Below are positions 24,821 through 36,475 of a stretch of DNA of 64,000 bases, one piece after another. The position numbers and the translations under genes were made by a program. Source of the DNA: Phoronis australis (taxonomy: Eukaryota; Animalia; Phoronida); assembly GCA_002633005.1 (NCBI GenBank), contig NMRA01000394.1, forward strand, positions 1 through 64,000, given 5' to 3'. A model generated the notes under the pieces. It saw only the letters and a program-made list of their open reading frames with translations. It was not told the DNA's origin and did no database searches. Position 1 is the first letter of the stretch. Every line of letters begins with the position of its first letter.

Positions 24821-26675
24821 TAGAATTTGCTTAATCTCGAAATCGCGTTTATGTGAAAGTTGGATTAAATATTTGCTAATTATTGGCCCTGCAATCACCC
24901 ATTTTTTCCTTTACCAGCACTTCTATGACAGAATTGGGAAAATGTGTGACTTGAATGATTAACCAAATATTTTTTGGCAAATAAAATCGTTGAAAAAACA
25001 CTTAAGGTTGATTGAAATTCATACTTAGTCTATTTTATTAATACTGAGATTTATGGCACTCTGACATAAATCCTAATATTTGGGCAAATATTATTCTACA
25101 CCCCTTCAACCTTCATATCCAACTCTAGTTAGTACCTATCTAGTCCGGCGGGTGTTTAGAACAATTTCTCTTATGTTGAAGTAATCCCATTCCATGATTT
25201 CTTGTCTGATTTTCAAGATTTCAAAACTAAGCCACATGTAATTTTCAGTAGAATGCCACCAAAAACAATACATTTTGTATCAATTTCGATCGACAAGTTT
25301 CACTCGATAACAGCAAGTTCACTTCTTTTATTTGACCCCAGACGGCAAACGGAGGTGCTAACATTAACCGATGACGTCACAGGTTCTAACACAGCCTGCT
25401 CAGCAGTTCACCAGACGCTTACGTTTTACTCCAATAAATCATCAAAGTTCGATGTAAAACCCTTAAACACATTGAGTTGTTAAACAAATAAGTTGTTTCA
25501 CTGTTACGGATAATTATAGAAAATTTGAACGCCTACGTAGCCTGCAAAATTCCGTAGGCTAACTTGCCCAGCTCGGTCCGGGAAGTTTAGAGTCTGTTCG
25601 GCGATAAATTAGAATAATTATTCGCCCGTGAAATACAGACAGGAGAGCGTAGCCGTGAGTTGTAATTTTATGCTTGCGATTTTTTCAGTTCTAAACACAA
25701 AACCTAGTTACAGTATAACCCAATGGCTCGGAACGCGATCAGGCCCGTCGAGGCCGGACACTTTACGAACATAAACCAGCCGAGTTAGTCAGCTGTGAAA
25801 GTTAAAAACTAAATTCCAGTCCCGAAAACACTAGACTATTGAACCAAAGAAATAATGTGCACGTGAATATTTTGTCGAATCTGCCACGAAATTGAAAATT
25901 TATTTACTCGTCGGGTGCCGTGAAGCCATGTTCCCATTCACAAGACACCTACAGGGAAAATGTGTACAATAACAAGGATTTGAAAAACGCAAATGTCTAA
26001 ATAAATATTCCCCTAACATCTGACCACAGCATATAAAACCGAGTTATAGTTTCATCTTTCTGTCAGCAAAACACTGTATTCGCATGCTCTCACACGGGCG
26101 GCTGCCCGGTCAATTAGTTTTATTGCCTCTGAAGCCGGTAACGCAACATGATTTATTCTTTGTTGATTTCTCAAAACATTTGTATGTAACGATACGCTAA
26201 TTGTGCATTGAGGTTGTCACAGTTCCTGAAAATACAGTAGTTAAATACCAACAATGTTTGATATTCTAGTTATCGAGGAATCGGTGCTGGAATTGCAGAC
26301 GACATAATATTTAGCAATTGAAAACAGAGACTGAAGAGTCATATAATTAACAGTTTTGTACCAGGTGTTACGTTTGGGACCTTCTTGCATGTTGAAAGTT
26401 ATTTACACTGCTGCAATTGTATTACTTTAAACTATTTTGGGGAAGTTTGATGATCGAACTCGCTAAAGACGTCTAGTCGAAATTGACCTACCTTTTGAAC
26501 AATCCATTTCAGAGGACAGTGTTGAAGTGGTGCGGAAGGTGAATACGAAAAACAATATCACATAGCCGTATTGCATTCGATTGATTCAACGCATACGGAT
26601 AAAAGCAATTCTTTAAATTTAGATTGATGACATACAATGTACGTTCCACAAGACTATTGTAATGTGGGTTGGATT
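24821..26675 (+). repeat. Dispersed direct duplication, copy 1 (copy 2 at 36476-39632)
   Basis: 24821-25025 matches 36476-36687, and ~25142-26675 matches ~38070-39632. Shared start TAGAATTTGCTTAATCTCG and shared end GTGGGTTGGATT. Scattered substitutions and small indels. Confidence 0.9.
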
Positions 26676-27649
26676 AAAATACAAGTTTTTTATGTCGCCT
26701 TTCAAGCTAAATACACGTTTCAAGAGGACCCCTATTGCGGTTGAGGCAACTGAGAACAGGCAAACACGACAAAGTGCAGTTCTTGTAATGCTTCGCTAGC
26801 AAAAACAACGGGAAAGGCAAGATTTTAATTTTAGATTTCGAAGAGGTTACGAATGACTAAATAAATTATTATAAGGCCAAATTTTGAAAAGGTGCAGTAT
26901 GGCTGCTACAAAGTGCCAGATTTGGCCGAAATGGCTTCATTGAAAACCACACAAAATAAAACGAAACAAAACATAGAAATTTGAAGATGAATTTTGAAAG
27001 ATATGCCATGTAATTATTCAAACATAGCGCTTTAAATCGTATCATTTATTTACTATTAGCTTACTACACATGCTAGTAAAATGGATTCAAACATGTCTAG
27101 TTTGGCCACAATTTTGTTGCAAAGTGGAGGTACATGTCTTAAAGAGAAATAATGGATGGAAATTCTTAAAAGTCGAAATTTCTCTACCAAACCAAACTCA
27201 CGTGCTAAGTTTAAATAAATCTGAGATTTTAGGTATGGACTCTACCTGTTGTATTTTATACGGTGTCACTCAACCTGTTGATATCTCGTATGAGGGACAA
27301 TTGGTAGGCTTGGGAGGAACGGACATTTCGTCATCTCTTCAAACCAAGGTTACATAAATGTCATTCGTCTGAGGAACTAACTTACTGTCGATTATTCTTG
27401 AGCCAGAGAAATCATTTCTAATATGAGTAAGTAACAAGATGAGACGATAAATGGCTTTCATCAGCACTTGCTTGACAGAAAGCACATGTTTAATGTCGTG
27501 TTAAATTTGTGAAGGTGAAGAATACGAAAGTTAACTAATGGAATAGGGAATCAGCACAAGGTAATCTAACGCAAAGGCTCAATTTTTTGGTTATCTCTGA
27601 AGTTTGCAGGTTGTCAACTGACGATCAGTTTCACTCAACGTGTTTGTAG

Positions 27650-27793
27650 CGTGGGCGTGCAGCACTGAAAAAAGTGGGAGGGCTAAAGCCCCCTAAACCC
27701 CCCTGTGGTGCACGCATATAGACCATGTTCGACGTAGCACTGAAAAAAGTGGGGGCTATAGTTCACCCAGCCCCCTATGGTGCGCCGCCGATG
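27650..27793. mobile_element. Dimeric MITE with 5-bp TSD (hAT5-like), family B
   Basis: Ends CGTGGGCG...CGCCGATG. TGTAG on both flanks. Two internal GCACTGAAAAAAGTGGG subunits. Inverted copy at 48558-48705. Confidence 0.75.
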
Positions 27794-29321
27794 TGTAGTG
27801 CCATTTCAAATGACAGATGTCTTAACAAAGAGACTATGAACACGACCAAGAATAATCAGCTGTAAGTTAAACTGAGCGCAGATTCGGCAGGTCAAAAATG
27901 AATACCTACTGCGATTTCAAAGTAAAATTAATAATAAAAGGAGGACACGGAAACTACGAATGAAATCTCAAATCTCTTATTGAATATTGCAATTTGTTAT
28001 CGCCCTATTCAAACGATCAATCGGTGAATTTGAAAATTTTAAACATGCTAAAGCTCTTGGTAATTTTTAATTGGTTTCCAGCAATATGTTTTTAATCTGA
28101 AACGAACTATGTTATTCTTACCTTGAAGGATTGAACATTATTTCGAAGTTTTGTTTTTCACAGCTTCATGGCCTGAACTTTCCGTCATATGAAGCTAGCC
28201 AGTAAAGCAAGAACGCACGCATTGTCAAGAGCACGAGCTTGTCTATATTTTTTATGTTGGCCTTCCGTGTTCGTTTTTTAGTGATGACGTATCTGTCACT
28301 ATTATGACACGATTTGGACACTCAATTACTAATACGAATAGAACTCCACAGTGACTGTGACTGACTCACATCATAGGGTCTTCATTTTTTCCTAATCAGG
28401 TTAACCATGGGGGCAATTTAGGACTCGACTTTTTACAGAATTGCGTGTTTTTGATTAATTAGTGTGCTCCGAAAGCGGTTGCACCCATTGTATGCTCCCG
28501 AGGAATTGAGAAGGAGTAAGATTGACCAAGTCTACAGTAATGTATACACATAATATCAATAATTTACAGAAATCAATAAATTTGACCATATATTGTTACT
28601 ATTATTGTTATTGTAATTATCAATTTTGGCATTTTAATTTCACTTGAGTGGGTTCAAAACGTCAAGATGACGTCTTACGTCAGGTAAATTATGTTCTGAG
28701 ACTGCCTTATTTGGTGGGGCGTATGTGAACTTCAGTTCATTGAACTTCACATGTAATTCCAAGTTAGTTCAAGCTGTCCTTGAAAGTGGCAAGTTACCAT
28801 GTTCGTGGGAATCATTGATAAGGAAATTGGTTATATGTTGAAACAATGCAGAGTTTTAGTGACCTTGTTGGCTACAATGCCAAGATTGACCGAGTAACTT
28901 CCAGTAAAGATGATGCATGACAAATATTGATAAAATGTGGAATATGAGATTTAGGTCAACTGAGAAATTTTGTCAATCTCTTGGTCGGTTTTCAGCTCGA
29001 ACCTATTTTGAAAGCAATGAAAGGGATATGCGGTGGAGATGATTGCCAAGATATCAGTGATTATCATTGTATGGTTAGATGATCACCCATAAAGCTAAGA
29101 AATTCCACGCACATGGTCCTCTGAAAAAAACTGCTAAAACTTCAAAGATAGCATTTTCAGTGCAAAGAACATGCGATTATTTATGACGCATTAATGACTG
29201 AGATCTTCGGTCACATATTTCAATTCTTGATTGCATACGGTTTCAAAGGAGATTGTTGTAATTCTCAGTATAATGGGTTACACAATATCTCATCACTACA
29301 AATATGAATTCATCCGGTCCN

Positions 29322-29363
<42 letters not shown>

Positions 29364-29700
29364 ATTTTATTTACATTGAGTTATGATAATACAACGATTA
29401 AATAATTCGATTTCAATTAGGAGGCCTTCTAAAGGTTATTGACCGCTAATAAGAAGGTCCCCTGTACAAAATAAATAAATAGAAATACAAAAATCAGTAG
29501 GAATAGGTGAGGAAGCCATTGGGAATACCATTAGAAACTGTAACATATGACAAACTGGATCGTAGTTGCTAATAATAAAATTTGTTAAGAACCTGGAGAA
29601 TGCTTGCAAAGAATGTGTTTTTATTATATTTAGAGCAGAGAGGTGTAAGCTATGGATAAAACTGTGTGGACGGCCACACGTATTTCTCAACGTGGCAATG
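29322..29700 (-). mobile_element. Probable 3' end of a LINE with AATAAA and a (TC)n tail; (GA)n microsatellite at 29322-29360
   Basis: The minus strand ends ...GTAAATAAAATGG(TC)n. It lies between identical 257-bp copies (29064-29320 and 29970-30226) at an N join. Confidence 0.5.
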
Positions 29701-32224
29701 TTGCGTGATTATATATTTGTTCCAATTTTCGTATTTTTCAGTTTTGTGGCTATAGTTTAGGTCTATCTGATTTCGACTACGGGGTTTCACTTGCCTGGAG
29801 GCATTTGTCTCGGCAAGACCTGCTGGTTCCGAGCACTGCCATTGGCACTAGCCCCAGGGGTAGTCCCCCGCTTGTTGTTTTAAAAACACTTTTATAAAAC
29901 GGACATCGTTTTGTTTCGTAGCAAAAGTGAGAAACCATTTTTAGTTTTCTTTGTTATTCATATACATTGTCATTGTATGGTTAGATGATCACCCATAAAG
30001 CTAAGAAATTCCACGCACATGGTCCTCTGAAAAAAACTGCTAAAACTTCAAAGATAGCATTTTCAGTGCAAAGAACATGCGATTATTTATGACGCATTAA
30101 TGACTGAGATCTTCGGTCACATATTTCAATTCTTGATTGCATACGGTTTCAAAGGAGATTGTTGTAATTCTCAGTATAATGGGTTACACAATATCTCATC
30201 ACTACAAATATGAATTCATCCGGTCCATCAGAAAATAAATTGCGTTGGAAGTTGCAAGTATGCGTTGCTTTATCAAATCAAGGCTATTATTTGGGAATTT
30301 AGCTCCTAATATTTACAGCAACACCCAAATTATTCACGCCAAATTCGATCATATTTCATAAAAGATTGCAAATATAATGGGCGTCACTGAGTTGACCATT
30401 AACTTCCAAGGCTGAAACATTTGTGTTAAACTGTGAATCACAGCCCACATATCCAAGACCATGATTTTAGACACCTGACCTAGTTGCCTGTGATATCACA
30501 ACAAAAATACTGTAAACAAAAGTATCATGTCACCCCTGATGATTGGTGCTGACAAAATATCTTTGAATATTAAAAAATAACACCATTGGACATTATGGTC
30601 AGTCTATAGTGGTTTTCATAGGGAGGTGCTGGTAGACATTATCCACATAAATTCTCGATTTTGTATTGATACAGCAAATTTTTAGTTTTGACTTCCCGGT
30701 TCCACAGTGTACACAGTTATCAATTTTGGGACTGGCGGATCTACGTTTTCAATATGGGGGGTTTAGGATTCCCGCCAGGGTCGAATATTAGACACGTGGC
30801 GCCGAGCGGGTGTAGGTCGGGAGGGGGGATTCCCTCGTGTAAGATATTTTTTGTTTTTGTTTCCAAATAATGAAATTTCCATGCATACTGATAAGTTTCT
30901 GGCACTTAACATGTCTCTGGAGTTTTTTTTAAAGATAATTAAACATCCTTCTCGATTTCGTCACATGAACTTGGCTCCTAAGTTTCGTGAAACCATATTG
31001 TGCACTTCTGAGTCACGCCACCAGCAAAAATTTTTGATGGGACATGTGCTTACACACACCTTTTTTAGCATACGAAAAGTCGTATACGAAAAATTGTGGT
31101 GTGTATATATATACAGGAGTTTAGACAACTTCCAAATATTCAAGAATATAAGGAGCACCGACGGTGCTTAAAAACTTGAATATCAGATGATCGTGTAACA
31201 GCAGCCTTAAGTTGTTTAAGAACGAAGACCTGTACTGTTAGTCCGGAAATAAACATTTGTGTTCTGTCTGGTTACGAGAAAAACTGGCGAACGATGGTGT
31301 TTTCAACTCATAGTGTATTATCAAAAGCGACAATAAATAATTAAGTATCACTTTATTAAGCTGAATCACGTTGACAACAATTGAAAAACGTCAAATGTAT
31401 CAGGAAATAAATCATCTGAAAACAGTTTAACGAAACCAAAACATCCTGCGCACAGTGGTGAAAAGATACACTGGACTAGTTTGTAGAGGGACCAGATGTA
31501 CACTGAGAGTACACAAAAAGGCTGACCTGGTCCGTCACGAGACCAAGAGTACACCTGTGCTTATTATCCTTACAAAATAGTCGATCTGTCGCGGGACCAA
31601 ACAGTACTGGCTGAGATAAATAGCTTTACAAAGCACACTTTAAAAAAAGCACAAGACTAATTCGCCGAGGAACCAGAAGTACACTGAAACTCAACATCTA
31701 CACAAATCCAGCTGGCCTGGTCCGTCGCGAGACCTACAGTGTACTATGCAAAAAAATTTGCGTTGAAACTTCTCTCTAAAATTTTTAATCCCCAGTGGTT
31801 ACTCATACGTTATTCCTATCCTTCTGTTGTTTAGACTGCCGAGGAATTGATATATCGGTCCAATGGTTTGCTAGTCATGGAACCATTCTACTCAGATATC
31901 TTCGATGTTTGTTCCCAACGATTGCACTTCTTCAACTGCTGTGTCAATGAGCTTGTAATCCTCTACAATGTCAGCATCTCGTTTCGCAGCTCAGTTGGCA
32001 CTAAGACCCTTGAGGTTGCCAAGTCCAATCAAAAGACTTACATACGCATTTAAATTAGATCCGTTCATCATGGACTACTCCACAAACATTGACGATGTAT
32101 CCCAGGACCTAATTTTCATCTCTTGCAATTTTCGAAATAAACGTCACAATGTCTGAACGTTTGAAACCCGAAGTACTAATATCAAATAAATGCCCATGGG
32201 CATGAGCGTTTCATCAGGTGGGCC

Positions 32225-35200
32225 AGTAGTATAGTAAGTCATTTAGACGCCCCGTTTTGAGGCTCCTCGGTCAAAGGTCATCTATGTGAAAGGTCAAAGG
32301 TCACGTGGAATAACTGCAATCGGAAGGGACACCATCCACCTACCGGACTGATGTGTCAATGACGTTACACCTCATGACGTAATAGGTTTAATTGGACCCG
32401 TTAGAGAGGCACCTCGATACCCGTTTTGCGGCTCCTAGCAACGGATCGAGAATCGAAACAAAAGAGGGATGCTGAATAAGAAAAAAACGTGGATTACCTT
32501 ATTTCGTGTGCGCCGCGTGTCGTCGCTGTATATTGTGTGTTCTGTCTCATCAAAAACAAAGGCGTATACCAAAGGGGATAACCACCCAACTCAACAACAG
32601 ATGACGCGTAAAGTCTAACCCAGGCCCCGACCGTACTAAGCGAATCGTACTCGTAATAATAAGAAGCGACCAGCTAACGCAGAACATAAAACCGATAGCG
32701 TTTAAACGTGTATTAATGACAAACCAACACTACAAAAATCATACGAATATAAAATCATCAAAACGTTCAGAAAAGTAGTCTATAGCAAATTTATCAAATG
32801 TCCGAATTAAATGTTCAAAGGTCCAGTGGTGACGCCGTCGTCGAACACTTGTCGTTTGGGATAAAAGTAGGTGAACGCGCACCTCTCATGCAGGTAGATA
32901 TACATAGTGTTATCACCGCCTAACCGGAATCTTTTATTGAGGGCCGAGCTACTCTTTGTGGTCTGTAATACTTTGAGATACCTCGCCTTGTCGATTGTAT
33001 TTTTTGTCTTTGCACTCCTTTACAGCTAAAATGGGATTGACCGTCGTCCGCCCCCACGTAATAGGTTTTAGAGCAAAGGGCGATGCAGTAGTCCCCTTCA
33101 AATTCCAGTTTCAATAAGCCGGGTGTGCGCGTGTCGTAAGCTTCGTTTTCTTCCGTGTCCGTTCGCGGGAACCAAAGATGTTTTTCCCTCTCGAAAGCTG
33201 CTCGCATGTCTGGTTTAATTACGTCCTCAAGACAGTTACCGGATATAGCCATGTACGCCGAGTCCGTGTCCATTTCGCAGTATTGGAAGTCGGACCTGTC
33301 GACGAATCTTAACATGAAGTCGTAATAAAACTCCAACATACGCAACTTTGCGTACTGATAAACGAAAAAGCCTATTTGAAGCGGCAGGTTCAGGCGGATG
33401 GTCTTCTTTTTCATCTCCAATTCGTAGGTTCCGTCCCCGATGTAGTTGACGTGTCGGAATTCCGGGAATTGGACTTCCCGTTGAGCCTTAGCCTCTCCGC
33501 AATACTTTACGTCACGATGTCTTTCTTGATTCGTTACCGTCTTACCATACGCGCTGTTCCCTATGAGTTTCATCGTCTGCACCAGGATCGCTTTGTTTTT
33601 ATCTTTGTTCCCTTCTCGTCTAGCGTCGCTGACTTCCTCACCAAAACGCTCGAAGCATTTTACGGGAGCAAATTCGACCACTTGATAGACGTTTGTTATC
33701 TCTAGGCCGTGTTCCAAGTACCATTTCAGAAGCGGGTCGCCAACAGAATTTTTTTACCGAAGAAACTTCCTACCCGAGATCGTCGTGGTCGGCTCATGAT
33801 TTTGTTTTTCTCGGCATACTCCCGCATAAATTCTCCTAGGTCGTCTCCGGTGATGTCTACGTTCTTGAATATAGGCTGCATTTCTGAAAAGTGCTCTCTC
33901 AGATGGCTCGGGACTTCGATGTCACACTCCACAACCCCGAACAGAGTGTCGTCTAGAACGAATGATTTTATTTGTTCGCTCGTCAAGCTGTAGAAACGTT
34001 CCGTGGACAACTCTCGTCTTCTCAGAAAAGAACGTAGGGTATCGTCTTGAAGTTTCAAATCCTCAAATTCGCATTCCCAAAGCTCTTCGTAATCGAAGCC
34101 TTGACCGATGATGTAATCTCTAATTTTTTTGGTGTTTTACATAAGCTCACTCTTGGCGACGTTTCGAGTTTCGTTCCTCGTCCTCGGAGTCCTGTCATCA
34201 TTTTTCGTGAGACGACAGACGTGGCCGTGCCAGTAACATCCTTGGAATTGGAACACTTTGTACGACTGACTACAGAAACCGTCCACTGGAATACGACGCT
34301 GACCCACCCTTTTTTCAACCCCGTTGAACTGATGTCGGATACTAATTCTTCGTTGCCACGTTACGTAATCCAACCAAGCCGTTGCCTTTCGCGCCCTAGG
34401 GTGAGAAAATTCTCGTTTGAAATTATTTTCTTGCCTACGACGAATAAACTGTCCGGTCGGTTGCTAGTTCATGATGCTACGAAGGTAAAGAGCATTTACA
34501 TCGAGACCCAGAATCTTTGACACCGTCTTTGGTATTTTCCCGCTTTCTCCATCTCCCTCTGGCGTATAAACGTCTTTCCCTTTTCGTGGTATCTGTGGAA
34601 AACAATACTAGGACCTCCGACGATATTCTGTTTAAAGGTATAGTACAAGTCTTTGTGTTTTTCTTCAAAGAGCGTAAAGAATACGTTACCGACATTTTTG
34701 AAGAGAATCTTCATCGTCAGTCCGGGTACGCTTATACCATCCTTGAAGAGGTCGACGCCCTTTTCCCTGTAGAATGCCGCCATGGTATCGACGGCTTCCA
34801 GCATGGGTCCGGTGTCTTTGTTATTGTACTATACCAAAAAATCTTTCAGACACTTCATGTTGTTGTCTTTCCATGCCCTCTGACAGAGGGCGTAATCGTC
34901 GTCGCTTATCCCCTCCCCTTTCAAATTGCTGTAAAAAGCCGTTTGCGGTGGTAGAACCGTTTCCTCTAACTTAGTTGTCTACGTACTCGAGGGAAAGAAA
35001 CCTTTCTCTTCCGTCGTCTCGTACGCCTTCAAAAATTTTGCGTAGCTACAACACGGGGCCAAATAATTAACAATATCGAGAAATTTAAGTTGGTCCTTTG
35101 TTAAGCACATAAAATTATTGTTGCGCTTAATCACGAACCTCAATTCTTGCATGGATAAAAGTATTGGAAAAAAATGCTTCTTCATCGTATTCAGGTCCTA

Positions 35201-36465
35201 ATTTCCGGAATTGAAACCAACCGTCGGCATCTGTTTGAGGTAACGATCAAACTCGGCGGCCAGGTCTAGCAGGAAGTGACGAGGAGTTTTATCTTCGGTT
35301 TCCCCGTCTTCGTCATCCACCTCGGTGTTGTCTTTCACTTCCGCGCGAACCCTCTCTTCAATTTCTTCAAACACCCACGCAAACTTCTCTCTGACTAGGC
35401 GGTAAGCCTGGTCACTAACGACCACGAGATGTTGAATCATTTTTCTCACCGCTTCTTTGGGGTCACCGTTAGATACAAAACACTTCGAATCTTCAAACCC
35501 GTCGACGTTACTGGCCACAGAAACGCTCATGATCTCGTGTTCTCTCTCCCAGGTTAGTTTAGGACCTCCGACTTTTTCCGTTGGTTTCATAAACGTCTCT
35601 ATGTCAAACGCCGCCCTGTAGGGGTAGTAGCGATGGCTTTCGGGAACGACGTATCCCTCTTCTTCCAGTTTCTCGAACACTGTGAGTGGCGTTGAGTACG
35701 CTTTACCAGGAAAAACGTGTCTCACGCTTTTATCGCACGTTTGTTGGTGTCTGAATACTTTCGACGCTGTACTCCAAAAAGAGCCCTAGAGATTACATTG
35801 GTAAGACCTACAATATTTTTTGATGTCGTTAATGTACGAAAAATGGTCTTCGTACAAGTTTAGAAAAAGCTCGTCGTCAAATATATTGGCGATGTGGTCG
35901 ACAAAGCAAGCGAGTTGTGACACCGTCTTCGGATTATTCCAACTCGTACACGTAAATTCTAATTTGGAATACGTTTTGCATTTCCGGAACATCGTCCAGG
36001 AAAACGCCTTGGAACTGGTTGGATGGAAGACCCTTGTGACGTCGATATTGCTCGAAAAGTTGTTTGGTCAACTGCTGTAAACCCTTCTGAGATCGCAGTC
36101 GATGAGCGGCCACTCAGCGAAAGAAACACAACCGATCGTCGTGTTTCCCGTGTCCGTCGCCTGTCATCACCCACATGCCTTTATTGTGTACAAGATACGG
36201 TGGAAGCGAAACAGGTGTGCCGATGGGGTGACTAATCATGTGCGTTGCGTAAACAGTTATGTTAGTAACCAGTTCAACGATCCACCTCGACGTGGGTCGT
36301 CGTTGTCTCACCAATTCGAGAACGTCAAGGTCCCCTAGAATGGAAAATAACGCGTCCAGATCTCGTTCTCGTCTCACGATAAGGGGCTCATCCATGAACG
36401 CGTTATTGTTTAAACTAGAGTGGAAATACCGAAGTTCGTTGTTCTCTTGGTTTCTCAAAATAAAT
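32225..36465 (-). mobile_element. Polinton/Maverick (adintovirus-like) fragment: one terminus plus pPolB
   Basis: AGTAGT terminus at 32225, followed by TIR-like subrepeats (CCCGTTTTGxGGCTCCT twice, AAGGTCA three times). The pPolB gene reads toward this end. The other end, integrase, capsid and ATPase genes are absent. Confidence 0.85.
32807..36465 (-). pseudogene. polB: Protein-primed family B DNA polymerase (Polinton-type), multiply disrupted
   Basis: ExoI AAFDIET, ExoII GFNSGN*DL, ExoIII YNNKD, PolA GLDVNALY, PolB KLIGNSAYGK, PolC MDTDSAY, C-terminal YPKRQVFDDGVTTGPLNI*. Split over about 9 ORFs by stops and frameshifts. Confidence 0.93.
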
Positions 36466-36475
36466 TTTTCTTACA

